From positions 12,340,001 through 12,404,000 of the forward strand of contig CM075992.1 of assembly GCA_038087875.1 (NCBI GenBank): a DNA stretch of 64,000 nt, written 5' to 3'. This DNA comes from Malacoraja senta. Its lineage: Eukaryota. Shown here piece by piece: positions 1 through 11,010 of this stretch; within the stretch, counting starts at the first letter, position 1; each line of letters begins with the position of its first letter. The position numbers and the translations under genes were made by a program. A model generated the notes under the pieces. That model was not told the DNA's origin. It saw only the letters and a list, made by a program, of their open reading frames with translations, and searched no databases.

Positions 1-408
1 TGCCTGTCTCTTAATTATTTTCTCTTGTTCCTCTGCCCACTGGCATTCTAGTTGCAATACTTTCCATCCTTTCATAGTGCCATCCTTATTTCGTAACTCT
101 ATCCCTTGTTTACATGCAGTATCCATCCAACTTCGATCTCTACTCTCCTCATGCTTCTTTTCCGCTTCTGCTTTCCACGTCTTAATTCCCTTCTTCCATT
201 TCTTTCCTGCCTTCCTTTCCCATATCAACATTTCTGCTTTTTTAATTGTCTCGACATTCCATGTGCCCCCTACTGGCGCGGCTTCATCCCCCAACTGTTT
301 GGTCAACTTGTAACTTAACATTCTAAATTTCTTATTATACTTAGGATTCAAATAACACATATGTTGGATGGGGGTTCCCCCCTCACTGTTATCCAGAGCA
401 TTCCCCAT
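1..408 (-). CDS. gag: Endogenous retrovirus gag, N-terminal 136 codons (matrix-like), open to the window edge
   Basis: Hand translation from ATG at 408: MGNALDNSEGGTPIQHMCYLNPKYNKKFRMLSYKLTKQLGDEAAPVGGTWNVETIKKAEMLIWERKAGKKWKKGIKTW...KIIKRQA, no stop. Absent from the ORF track because it has no stop in the window. Gly2, a basic patch and a PxGGTW motif resemble gamma/epsilon-like matrix. Lies downstream of LTR, PBS and splice donor. Confidence 0.7.
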   Translation of the reverse strand, partial: MGNALDNSEGGTPIQHMCYLNPKYNKKFRMLSYKLTKQLGDEAAPVGGTWNVETIKKAEMLIWERKAGKKWKKGIKTWKAEAEKKHEESRDRSWMDTACKQGIELRNKDGTMKGWKVLQLECQWAEEQEKIIKRQA

Positions 409-1190
409 AGATAGATAGAGAGAAAGAGAAAGAGAAAGCAGACTTCTTAATTACGAATCGTTCCAAATATATCAACCAGGCCGACTCGCTACTCGAGACC
501 CCAGTTTCTCAATTTGGCTGATTTTTTTATTTTTCTTTACCTCTTTGATATACGACCCAAGTGTCTCAACGAGGCCGCCTCACTAACCGAGACCCCCGTT
601 TCTCAACCTGGCAGACCTAAAATAAGCCCCATGTGTCTCAACGAAGCAGACCCGCTAACCGAGACCCCCCGTTTCTCAACCTGGCAGACTTCTTAATCTT
701 TAATATACAACGCCACTTATTTCTTAATCCGACAACTCCCCGGATGTTTCAATAAGCCAGACGCACACCTCAACCCCCGTATCTCAACCCGACAAAACAC
801 GGATGTCTCAACGAGGCCGATAAGCCCTTAGTAGAGAGAAAAGAAAAAAACAGAGATAGACAGAGAGAGAGAAAGAGAAACCACTCACGTCCTTCTTAAC
901 AAGATACACAAGCCCTTCTTAAAAATACAAGCACAAGTCTGTCTTAAAAATACATACACAATCCCCACTAAAAAAACCCTATAAAGCCCAACTGGTCTTA
1001 CCTTAGTCTGTTTCTAAGAACCTCGGCAGGGAACCTGGATCAACCTCTGATGAAGGATCACAGACGTTCCCGGGAGTTTCTAGGGAGTCGGTCTTACAAG
1101 GGGGCCGATAGAGCTCAGTTATCTCCCTTCCAATCCCGGCAACCTCTGCAACCTCTTGCACAGTCAGCCGTTGATGTGGTCCCAGCGAGG

Positions 1191-1207
1191 CCTGCATAAC
1201 TACGCCA
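1191..1207 (-). promoter_or_regulatory. Primer-binding site, tRNA-Ser-like
   Basis: TGGCGTAGTTATGCAGG one base after the LTR CA; the complement of the vertebrate tRNA-Ser 3' end is TGGCGTAGTCGGCAGGAT (first 9 nt identical, GCAGG retained). Confidence 0.7.
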
Positions 1208-1208
1208 A

Positions 1209-1984
1209 TGAAAAAGTTACTTTTATAACTACTAAACCAGGTTCGCTTCTCAATAAACAGACACCACACAAACTGTTTGGTAGACCAGTTCAAAACTTTA
1301 CTTAACATCGGCCGATGGAAGGGAGCGAGAATTCCAGCTAAGTGACCAATGTAGACACTCGACTGTCCTCGGTCCCCTTCTCTGAACAACAGAATTACAT
1401 CGCATTATATAGTGTTTCTTTGTCACATTAGCACATTCCACAGACATTAGTCATGGTCAGAGGTACAGGAAAAGGCATCACATCAAAGGCCTTTTGTTTA
1501 CAGGTTATGATATACTAAAACATTGGCCATTTGTTTTAGGTCATTTTATCTTCAAAGAGATCACCCTAGCTCTTTCGCTGTTTCCTCTCTGTCATTTGGT
1601 CCTTCATAAACATAGGCCATTTGTTTTATGGCATCTTATCTTTCCACTTCCCTGGATCCTCTCTCATCACTTCGCCCCTCCTAAACATTGGTCATTTGGT
1701 TTACGGCATCTTACTTCAAAGATGTGACTAGCTGTTTCTCTCTTCCTTTATTGCCTCCTCCCCCATAAACATTGGTCATTTGGTTTATGGCATCTTACTT
1801 CAAAGATGTGACTAGCTGTTTCTTTCTCTGTCACTTCCTCACTTGGGAGACAATGTTATGGTATTTATTATCTCAATACCCCAAAACCCGAGGCAACTTA
1901 ACTTGCCTTTCTGTATTATTCTACTGGAGAAAAGCCTGATTTGTGACTAAATATAAGCTGTAAGCTTTTCTTATATTTTTAACA
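1209..1984 (-). promoter_or_regulatory. Retroviral 5' LTR (~776 bp)
   Basis: Minus strand starts TGTTAAAAA (1984) and ends TTTTTCA (1209). U3-like tandem repeats with CCAAT boxes (~1520-1830), GAGGAAGTGA ETS motif (1831-1840), TATATAA (1405-1411), AGTAAA (1297-1302). The 1984 boundary is less certain. Confidence 0.65.
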
Positions 1985-2016
1985 TAATTCAGCTTTATCA
2001 CTACCACAGTCGTTAC

Positions 2017-2169
2017 CTTGACACCGGGATACTGTTTTATCAGTGAATGTAATGCGTCCAGTGTTGAGGACAAATCCATCCTTACAGGTGCACTGATAAC
2101 TTCCCAGAGTGTTGACACATGTTGCATCTGGCCCACAGATGTTTGGGTCGTCCTCACACTCATTGACAT
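2017..2169 (-). CDS. Internal exon encoding one calcium-binding EGF domain, adhesion GPCR E (CD97/EMR)-like
   Basis: tttgtttctactccag acceptor, 153 nt, G|gtaacg donor, phase 1-1. Translation (D)VNECEDDPNICGPDATCVNTLGSYQCTCKDGFVLNTGRITFTDKTVSRCQ: cbEGF consensus with the long C5-C6 loop typical of ADGRE EGFs. Confidence 0.88.
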
Positions 2170-2374
2170 CTGGAGTAGAAACAAAATCTTAAAATGTGGC
2201 TGAAAACATTTTGTGCACTGATGATCTCTCACACCTTCTTGTCTGTCCCTGACATGTATTCCTGGGACATCTATCACCATGTCATGATGCAGTATCTGGA
2301 GCAATGATGCTCAGATAACACAAATAATAACCAGTGCCCGAAGCAACGGAGGGTGCTGGGAGATGACACCAACA

Positions 2375-3280
2375 GACCGCATGGTGCGCAGATGCTAGAG
2401 GATGGATGTGATGAAGCTAGCGAGGCTACAGAAGTTTCACAAGGATGTTGCTGGGACAGGAAGGTCTGAGATATAAGGAGAGCCTGGATAGGTCAGGGTT
2501 GTTTTTTTCTTAGAGTGAAGGAGGCTAAGGGGTGACCACACAGAGGTTAATTAAATCATGAGGGGCATAGATAAGATTTGTGATCACATTCATTTTACCA
2601 GGGTAGAGGTGTCTAATTGTTCAAAGTCTGCCTGAACTGGGTGGTATTAATAACAAGGACAGGTTGGACTGATTGGGATCATTTTCTTTGGAGTACTGGA
2701 GGTTGAGGGGAGAACTGATAGAAGTATATAAAATTGGCATTGATAGGGTAGACGTTCAGAATCTTTTTCCCAGGGTGGCGATGTCAAAGACTTGGGGGCA
2801 TAGCTTTAAGGTGAGAGGAGGAAAGTTTAAATGTGGTGTGGGACTAGATTTTACACAGAGGGTGGTGGGTGTCTGGAATGTGTTCCCAGGATTGATGGTG
2901 GAGTTAGATGCGATGGTGGTCTTTAAGATAGGCACAAGGATATGCTGGGAACGGAGGGATATGGACAACGAGCAGGCAGATGAGATTAGTTTGACTTGGC
3001 ATCATGTTTGGTGCAGATGTTGCAGATTAAGGGACTGTTTCTGAGCTGTGCTGTTCTATGTTCCAACGTGAGCAGGGAAAGAGTTAAATGGGACCTTTCA
3101 TACACAGAGTGTACTGGATTCATGGAACAAACAACCAGAGGAGGTGGTATATGGGAGTACAATTACGACAGTTAAATGTCGTTTGGACAGGTACGTGGAT
3201 AGTAAAGGTGTAGAGGGATAAATGCCAGGCATGAGTGAATGAAACATGGACCACAGAGCCTGTTGGCATGCTGTATTTAT
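2375..3280 (+). mobile_element. Degenerate CR1/HER1 LINE 3' fragments
   Basis: ORF fragments such as LRGELIEVYK..NLFPRV..GHSFKVRG..FTQRVVGVWN, typical of the CR1 ORF2 C-terminus. Confidence 0.8.
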
Positions 3281-4056
3281 GTGTACAGCATCTAATGCCC
3301 TAATTACTGTCTGCCTGTTATAGTTCCAGAGCACAGAGACCAGTGTCCAATGTGACGTGTTTGAGTCCAACAGCAATGATGCTGTGTTTCCATTTCCAGC
3401 CCTCATTCCACCACACAGCTCAATGCTGCCACGTTGGATGATGCTGGAGTGGAGGATAAAGTCTGTCACAGAGATGTTGGGCTGAACGGCCTGTTTTTCC
3501 ATAGTAATTTCTAAATAATTCACTCTTGCTCCTGCAGACTTTACAGATTGCAATCAAAGTATTTCATGGTAATTCTGCTGTATTTTTAACAGGAAGCACA
3601 AAGACTGAGAACAAAGGCCTTTTCACATCAAGGAAACAAATGATATTTGGTGAAATGTTTCAGATGCAAATTAAGCAACCGATGGAAACTAGAACCGCAA
3701 ACTAGTAAACAAGGAAGGCTTGGTGAATGGGAGCGAGTTGGTGGGGAGTGCGACACAGTTTCCATGGCCATTTAGTGTTCATGTCATGGGGTCATATAGC
3801 ATTGATAAAGGCCTGTACCTGTCCAAGTGTCTTTTAAATGTTGTTATAGTACCTGCCACAACTACCTCCTCTGGCAGATCATTCATGTATCCACCACCTT
3901 CTGGGTGAAAATGTTGCCCCTCAGGGTTTGTGTAAAGCCTTGCCCCTCTCAACTTAACCTCATGTCCTCTGGTTTTTGATTCCCCTACGCTGAGTAAAAG
4001 ACTACATATTGATCCTAACTATTCCACTCATGATTTTATATACCTATCATAAGATC

Positions 4057-4178
4057 TGATGAAGGATCTTGACCCATTCCTTCTCTCCAGAGATGCTGCC
4101 TGTCCCGCTGAGTTACTCCAGCTTTGTGTGTCTATCTTCGATTTAAACCAGCATCTGCAGTTCCTTCCTACACATATT
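4057..4178 (+). mobile_element. Short Penelope pLTR-derived insertion in a minus-strand CR1 fragment
   Basis: Matches the 3' end of the Penelope at ~12640-12770; ATAAGATC direct repeat at 4049-4056 and 4179-4186; starts at CTGATGA. Confidence 0.7.
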
Positions 4179-4260
4179 ATAAGATCACCTCTCAACCTCC
4201 TGCACACCAAGGAATAATGTCCTAGCCTGCCCAACCTTTCCCTATAGCTCAGCCCCTCGT

Positions 4261-4856
4261 TCAGGCAAGTCTCGATGCCTCCCAGATCGCCGCGTAGAAG
4301 CCCAGGTCAGGGCCCGGCTGATGGAGCCCACGACTGGGGCCTGGGTCGGCACCACGGAAGCATGAACCTTCTGATCCTTCTGAATTTTGTAGTCTGCAGG
4401 GCAGTACTCTGCATATCGCCAACTTGGACAATTTTTACATTTTTTTTAACAAGCCAATTAATCAAGCCAATTAACCTATAAACCTGTACGTCTTTGGAGT
4501 GTGGAAGGAAACCGAAGATCTCGGAGAAACCCCACGCAGATCACGGGGAAAATGTACAAACTCCATACAATGCCCCAGCGGTCAAATCTCGCGACGATGG
4601 GGCCTCAGCGGCAGTGAAGCCTCGCGGTTGATGAGAGCGTGGATGACCACTGTGAGGGGGAGGGGAAGAACAATGGAGGACCCGGCGTGGGAGGACCACT
4701 GTGAAGGGGGGAGGGGGAGTGAGAACAAAAGGAGGAGCCTGCGTGCTTTGTAACTTTGTCAGTGCTGTGGGTGGCTGCTATTTGTATACATTGGGTACGC
4801 AGCAAATAATTTCACTGTGCCTTGTGACATGTGACAATAAAGTATTCCATTCCATT
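4261..4856 (+). mobile_element. GC-rich non-autonomous retroelement fragment with AATAAA/(ATTCC)n tail, containing a minus-strand HE1 SINE piece (~4425-4575)
   Basis: Tail ACAATAAAGTATTCCATTCCATT; paralogous to ~8740-9440; V-SINE core sequence in reverse. Confidence 0.5.
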
Positions 4857-5144
4857 ATACCAAAGACAAAAAATGCTCGAGTAACTCAGTGGGTCAAGGC
4901 AGCATCTCTGGAGTAAATGAGAGAATATTACAAGTGCAGCCTCACCAATGTACAACTGTAACATAACTTCTCAACCTTCAGTATCCTGACTGATGAAGGT
5001 AAATGTACCAAACACCTTCTTGACCACCCTATCTACCTATGATGCCACTTATAGGGAACTATATTTAGGCAACTATCCAAGATCCCTGTGCTCTACAACA
5101 CTCCCCAGGGCCCTACCAATCACTGTGGTTCTGCCCTACTTTAA

Positions 5145-5530
5145 CGCACCACGGGAACTACACTCCCCCCCTGCAGGACCAGGGGGTGCAGATCCAGAGC
5201 CAGCAAGATCATGAAGGACCCCTACGTTCCCAGCAACGGACTGTTCAAGCTGCTACATTCAGGCAAGTGCCTCCGCTGTCACGCTGCGTAAACAGAGAGG
5301 ATGAGACGCAGTTTCTTTCCACAGGCCATCAGGAGTGTAAACTCTGATATAACCAGGGCATAAATACTGTTGTGCCTTCTTTTTCTAATGTAAATACTGG
5401 TTTGTTCTGTTCTGTTGTTTTGCATAATCCCGCAAGCATTGCCACTTTCATTTCACTGCACATCTTGTATGTGTATGTGACAAATAAAGTTGACTTGACT
5501 TGACTTGACTTGACTTGACTTGACTTGACT
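5145..5530 (+). mobile_element. Rex1/Babar-like LINE 3' end
   Basis: Translates ARKIMKDPYVPSNGLFKLLHSGK..RRSFFPQAIR, followed by AATAAA and a (GACTT)n tail. Confidence 0.7.
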
Positions 5531-5567
5531 ATCTACATTTGGAAAGGAACCTATCTGCATTAAACTA

Positions 5568-7375
5568 CACAGATAGACACAAAAAGCTGGAGTAACACAG
5601 CAGGACAGGCAGCATCTCTGGAGAGAAGGAATGTGTGACGTTTTGGGTCAAGACACTTCAGACTGGTTAGGGATAAGGGAAACGAGAGATATAGACGGTG
5701 ATGTGGAGAGATAAAGAACAATGAATGAAAGATATGCAAAAAGTAACATTGATAAAGGAAACAGGCCATTGTTAACTGTTTGTAGGGTGAAAATGAGAAG
5801 CTAGTGCGACATGGGTGGGGGAGGGATAGAGAGAGAGGGAATGCCGGGGCTACCTGTAGTGAGATAAATCAATGTTCATACCACTGGGATGTAAGCTGCC
5901 CAAGCGAAATATGAGATGCTGTTCCTCCAATTTGCGTTTAACCTCAATCTGACAATGGACGAGACCGAGGACAGAAAGGTCTATGTAGGAATGGGAAGGA
6001 GAATTAAAGTGCCCAGCGGCACAGTGGCGCATCGGTAGAGTTGCTGCCTTTCAGCGCTTGGGTTTGACCCGGGTTCGATCGCGACTACAGGTGCTGTCTG
6101 TACGGAGTTTGTACGTTCTCCCCGTGACCTGCGTGGGTTTTCCCTGAGATCTTCGGCTTCCTCCGACACTCCAAAGACGTGCAGGTTTACAGGTTAATTG
6201 ACTTGGTATAAATGTAAATTGTCCCCAGTGTGTGTAGGATGGTGTTAATGTGCGGGGATCGCTGGTCGGTGCCGACCCGGTGGCCGAAGGCCCTGTTTCC
6301 ACGCAGTATCTCTAAACTAAACTAAACTAAGGTAAACAACCGGGAGATCAGGTAGGTTCAGCCGGGCTGAGCGAAGGTGTTACGCTAAACGATCGCCTAG
6401 TCTGCGTTTGGTCTCGCCAATGTATAACAGTCCACGTCTTGAACAATGGATATAGTAGATGAGGTTGGAGGAGGTGCAAGTGCCTAATCTGAAAGGACTG
6501 TCGGGGTCCCTGGACAGAGTCGAGGGAGGAGGTAGAGCAACAGGTGTTACATCTTTTGCAGTTGCAGGGGAAGGTACCTGGGGAGGGGGTGGTTTGGTTG
6601 GGAAGGTATGAGTTAACCAGGGAGTTGCGCAGGGAATGTCTCTGCAGAAGGCAGAAAGGGGTGGAGATGGGAAAATGTGGATAGTAGTAGGATCCCGATG
6701 GAGGTGGCAGAAAATTTGGAGGATTATGTGCTCTATGCGACGGCTGATGGGGTGGAAGGTAAGGACTAGGGGAACTAGGGGGGATTCTGTCTCTGTTGCG
6801 ACTAGGGGGAGGGAGAGCAAGGGCAGAGCTGCGGGGTATAGAGGAGACACGAGTGAGGGTCTCATCTATGACCTGTTCCCTAAAGAATGAGAAAATCTTG
6901 GATGTCCTGGAAGGGAACACCTCAGTTTGGACACAGGTGCGGTGTAGACGGAGGATTTTGGAGTAGGGGATAGAGTCTTTGCAGGAAGCAGGGTGGGAAG
7001 AAGTATAGTCAAGATAGTTGTGGGAGTCAGTAGGTTTGTAATAGACGTCAGTCAATAGTCTATTTCCGATTATGGAGACTGTGAGATCAAGAAATGGGAG
7101 GGAGGTGTCGTAGATGGTCCAAGTAAATTTAAGTGCAGCATGAAAATTGGTGGTGAAGTTGATGAAGTTCATGAGTTCTGCACGGGTGCAGTAGGTAGCA
7201 CCGATGCAGTCATCAACGTAACAGAGATAGAGTTTAGGGATAGGGCCAGTGAACGCCTGTACAGGGATCGTTCAACGTAGCCTACAAAGAGGCAGGCATA
7301 ACTGGGGCCCATGCGGGTGCCCATAACTACACCTTGGACTTGGCGTAAAGGGAAAGACTGATGAAGGATAGTCAA
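5568..7375 (-). mobile_element. Penelope-like element (RT plus GIY-YIG endonuclease), degenerate
   Basis: GVVMGTRMGPSYACLFVG, LPFLDLTV..TDVYYKPTDSHNYL, IYYIHCSRRGLLYIGETKRRL, LEEQHLIFRLGSLHPSGMN; frameshifted; pLTR end near 5570-5670. Confidence 0.88.
6016..6330 (+). mobile_element. HE1-type tRNA-derived V-SINE inserted in the Penelope
   Basis: A-box/B-box head (GGTTCGATC), V-domain TGTACGGAGTTTGTACGTTCTCCCCGTG, (CTAAA)n tail. Confidence 0.85.
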
Positions 7376-7424
7376 CATGGTAAATCGTGTTTCATATTTT
7401 GTAATAAGCTTCTTGAAAAGCTGG

Positions 7425-7665
7425 GATGGCAGTGAAGTAGCGGTAGAGCTGCTGCCTTACAGCGCCAGAGACCCGCGATCGATCCTGACTGTGCCATAAC
7501 TGTCTGTACGGAGTTTGTGCCATCTCCCTGTGACCACATAGGTTTTCTCCTGGTGCTCTTGTTTCTTCCCACACTCCAAAGTGCGAGAGTACAGGGTGAT
7601 CGCTGGTCGGCACGGACGCGATTGGCCGAAGGGCCAGTTTCCACACTGTATCTGTAAATCTAAAG
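7425..7665 (+). mobile_element. HE1-type V-SINE with internal deletion
   Basis: Same head, V-domain and tail as 6016-6330. Confidence 0.75.
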
Positions 7666-7669
7666 GCAA

Positions 7670-8471
7670 CCAAGACGATAACGTAGTCAGGGAAGCAGAC
7701 ATTTTCATGGACTTTAACAAGGCCTTTGTCTTGGTTCCGTATGGTAGATATATCAGGAAGATGAGATCACATGGGATCCAGGGTGAGCTCGCCAGGTGGA
7801 TATAACTTTGGCTTGGTGGTCAGAGTCAGAGGGTTGGAGTGGAGGGTTGTGTTTCAGATTGGAATCCAGTGACCAGTGGTGTGTTACAGGGACTGGTGCT
7901 GGGTCCCCTGCTTGTCTTATACATTGACAATTTGGATGAGAACATAGGTGGCATGAGCTTGTGGATGATACGAAAATTGTTGTTGTGATGGACAGTGAAG
8001 ATGTTTATTGAAGGTTACAACAAGATCTAGATCAACTGGGAAAGTGGACAAAGGAATGGAAGCTGAAAGTTTACATCGACAAGTGAGAGTAATGCCTTTA
8101 GTGAAGTTAAACCAGGGCAAGACATACTCTCCAAGGCCCTGTCATTTACAGTGTGTTGTGGAATAGAGAGACCTTGGTGTACAAATACATACTTCCCTGA
8201 ATATGATGACTCGGATGGACAAAGTGCTGGAGACCACTCTTGTACAAGTGTTGGGACATCATGTTACATCTGTACAGAGCATTGATGAGACCGCATGGTG
8301 CACAGATGCTACAGGACCGATGTGACTAAGCTAGAGAGGCTACAGAAATTTCACAAGGATGATGCTGGGACAGGAAGGTCCGAGATATAAGGAGCGCCTG
8401 GATAGGTCAGGGTTGTTTTTTCTTGGAGTGAAGGAGGCTAAGGGGTGACCATACAGAGGTTTATTAAATCA
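7670..8471 (+). mobile_element. Degenerate CR1 LINE RT fragment
   Basis: MDFNKAF..VPYGR..HGIQGELARWI and an SGVxQGxVLGPLL-like region. Confidence 0.75.
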
Positions 8472-8739
8472 CTAGACTAAGTGGGACCCATTTGGGTCCC
8501 AGCATCACATGGGAGGGCTGGTCCCCCAACGCAATATTCCATCTCTCCACCAATTCCAATTGGGGGGGCTTTCTGGAGCGTTAGTTTGGGTGTTGTTGGC
8601 TGAAGAGACTGGTTTCCCGAGGGCTAGTTTGGACATTGTGGGCCGAATGGATTCTTGGGCTGGCGGTTCAGTCACTCAAGCCTGTTGTGCTGGCAGCTCA
8701 TTCACTCACGGCTGGTGGGCTGGCAGTTGACTCACGGCT
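8472..8739 (-). mobile_element. 3' end of a non-autonomous Helitron
   Basis: Minus strand GGGACCCAAATGGGTCCC hairpin, ACTTAGT, CTAG terminus, then host T. The paralogous CR1 at ~2535 has the empty site AATCA^TGAGG. Confidence 0.75.
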
Positions 8740-8979
8740 ATGCCTCCCGGATCGCCGCGTAGAAGCCCAGGTCGGGGCCCGGCCGGAGCCTCGCGGCTGA
8801 CGGAGTCCACGGCTGGGGCCTGGGTCGGCACCACGGAAGCGTGAAGTCGGGCATCGACAGCGGTGAGGCCTCAGCGGCGGTGAAGCGGCAGAAGCGGTGA
8901 AGCCTTGCGACAATGGGGCCTCAGCGGCAGTGAAGCCTCGCGGCGGCGACCCGCGGTCGACGGTTGATGACAACGTGGA

Positions 8980-9305
8980 GGACCACTGTGAGGGGGGAGG
9001 GGAAGAACATTGGGGACCCGGCGTGGGGGGACCACTGTGAGGGGGGAGGGGAAGAACAATGGTGGACCCGGCATGGGGGGACCACTGTGGAGGGGGGAGG
9101 GGAAGAACATTGGGGACCTGGCGTGGGGGGACCACTGTGGAGGGGGGAGGAGAAGAACATTGGGGACCCGGCGTGGGGGGACCACTGTGGAGGGGGGAGG
9201 GGAAGAACATTGGGGACCCGGCGTGGGGGGACCACTGTGAGGGGGGAGGAGAAGAACAATGGTGGACCCGGCGTGGGGGGACCACTGTGGAAGGGGGGGG
9301 GGGAG
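8980..9305. repeat. G-rich minisatellite, ~50-bp unit, ~6 copies
   Basis: GACCACTGTG(G)AGGGGGGAGGGGAAGAACATTGGGGACCCGGCGTGGGGG repeated. Confidence 0.9.
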
Positions 9306-9839
9306 AGAACAAAAGGAGGAGCCGGCATGCTTTGTAACTTTGTACATGCTGTAGGTGGCTGCTATTTGTATACATTGGGTACGCAGCAAATAATTTCACT
9401 GTGCCTTGTCACATGTGACAATAAAGTATTCCATTTCATTATACCAAAGACTAAAAATGCTCGAGTAACTCAGTGGGTCAAGGCAGCATCTCTGGAGTAA
9501 ATGAGACAATATTACAAGTGCAGACTCACCAATGTACAACTGTAACATAACTTCTCAACCTTCAGTATCCTGACTGATGAAGGTAAATGTACCAAACACC
9601 TTCTTGACCACCCTATCTACCTATGATGCCACTTATATGGAACTATATTTAGGCAACTATCCAAGATCCCTGTGCTCTACAACACTCCCCAGGGCCCTAC
9701 CAATCACTGTGGTTCTGCCCTACATTGACTTCTCAAAGTGCAACAACTCACACCAATCTGCATTAAACTCCAAAGATAAACACAAAAAGCTGGAGGAAAA
9801 CAGCGGGACAGGCAGCATCTCTTGAGAGAAGGAATGGGT

Positions 9840-9867
9840 GACGTTTCGAGTCGAGACCCTTCTTCAG
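9840..9867 (-). ncRNA. Minimal hammerhead-ribozyme core motif in Penelope pLTR
   Basis: CTGAAGA-A-GGGTC-TC-GACTC-GAAAC-GTC: CUGANGA and GAAA boxes, stem II, palindromic ACGT stem III and GUC site. Stem I pairing is weak, so activity is not established. Confidence 0.65.
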
Positions 9868-10116
9868 ATTAATTCGGGATAAGAGAAACAAGAGATATAG
9901 ACGATGATATGCTAGGCAGAGTGGAGTGTTAGTAGAGCGAAATTGGATGCTTCTGCGGTCGAGGAAGAAATGGAGGGCTTTAAGGCCTTCCTGGTGGGGG
10001 ATGGTGTAGAGTGAATGAACGTCCATAGTAAAGATGAGGGAGTCGGGGCTCGGAAAGCGGAAATCATTAACGAGACGAAGGGCATGTGAGGTATCTTGGA
10101 CATAGGTCGGGAGAGA

Positions 10117-11010
10117 TTTGATTTGATTGATTTGATTTGATTGATTGATTTTTTACTTTATTAATCCCCTTATTCAGGGGAAATTCTGATGTCCTTGCAG
10201 CACACTAATAAAAATACAACATAGCATTAAGAAGTTTCACATTAAACATAAAAACATCCCCCCACAATGGTTCCCACTGTGGGGGAAGGCACAAAGTCCA
10301 GTCCCCATCCCCATGTCCACCCATAGTCGGGCCTATTGAGGCCTCCACAGTCGCCGCTACGGGCTCGAATGTTCCTGGCCGTTCTCGCCGGGTGATGGTA
10401 CTCCGGCGTCGGGAGAACCCTCTCAGCGGCTTGGGGTGCCAGGAACGGCCGCCTTCTTACTGGAGACCGCGGCTTCCAAGCCAACAGGCCGCTCTGGACG
10501 GAGCTGCACATACTGGCGATCACGGCGAGAGATCCCAGGCTCCGCGATGTTAAAGTCAGCGCCGCCGCCCGCAGCTGGCCGCTCCACAGACCCGCGATGT
10601 TTTTATCGGCGGTCCCCGCAGCTGGCCGCTCCACGATGTTTTTGTCGGCGGTCCCAGCATACCGGAGTTCCAGCGTGGCGACCCAGACAAGGCATCGCCC
10701 GCTCTGCGATAGCGCTCCAGCGCTGTGCCGCCGCCGAAGCCGAGGTTCTGGCCAGGTCCCCTCAGGAAACGCCGCTCCATGCCCCGCTGGTAGGCCACGA
10801 GGACGGGTCGAAGGCGCTGCTCGGAGTAAGGCAACCCCTCCGACCAGGTAGGGACTCGAAAAACAGTTTCCCCCTTCCCCCCCACCACCCCCCACACATA
10901 AAAAGATTAGGCCCCCTGACTGCACCCTCAACGTACTAAAAATAATAAAAAAGAAGGGGAAAAAACGGACAGCTGCAGGACAGGCAGCCGTTCAGGACAG
11001 CGCCTCCTCT
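10117..11010 (-). mobile_element. GC-rich non-autonomous SINE-like element with (TCAA/TCAAA)n tail, nested in the Penelope
   Basis: Minus strand ends AATAAAGTAAAAAATCAATCAATCAAATC; its head (..GGCTGCCTGTCCTGCAGCTGTCCG) resembles those at ~14380, 43001 and 56843. Confidence 0.55.

Larger units (their letters stand above)
1..1984 (-). mobile_element. 5' portion of an endogenous retrovirus (LTR, PBS, leader, gag)
   Basis: Minus-strand order: TG...CA LTR, 1-nt spacer, PBS, AAG|GTAAGA splice donor (996-1004), leader with tandem repeats (~485-815), gag ATG. Confidence 0.75.

Noticed and set aside
1003..1389. 128-aa minus-strand ORF
   Set aside because: Spans LTR R/U5, PBS and leader with no protein motif; likely incidental.
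1921..2304. 127-aa ORF over the EGF exon
   Set aside because: Wrong frame; the cbEGF frame is set by the splice sites.
3538..3568. Possible 31-nt plus-strand micro-exon (ctcctgcag|...|gtaatt)
   Set aside because: Splice signals are plausible, but it is too short to identify and has no supporting partner exon.
6016..6090. tRNA-like sequence
   Set aside because: Head of an HE1 SINE, not a tRNA gene.
8698..9500. Overlapping Pro/Gly-rich ORFs and a superficially CRISPR-like array
   Set aside because: Minisatellite with no unique spacers or cas genes, in a vertebrate context.
10242..10939. Long GC-rich ORFs (also 18696-19170 and 37114-37694)
   Set aside because: Stop-poor GC-rich repeat interiors, open in several frames, with no domains.
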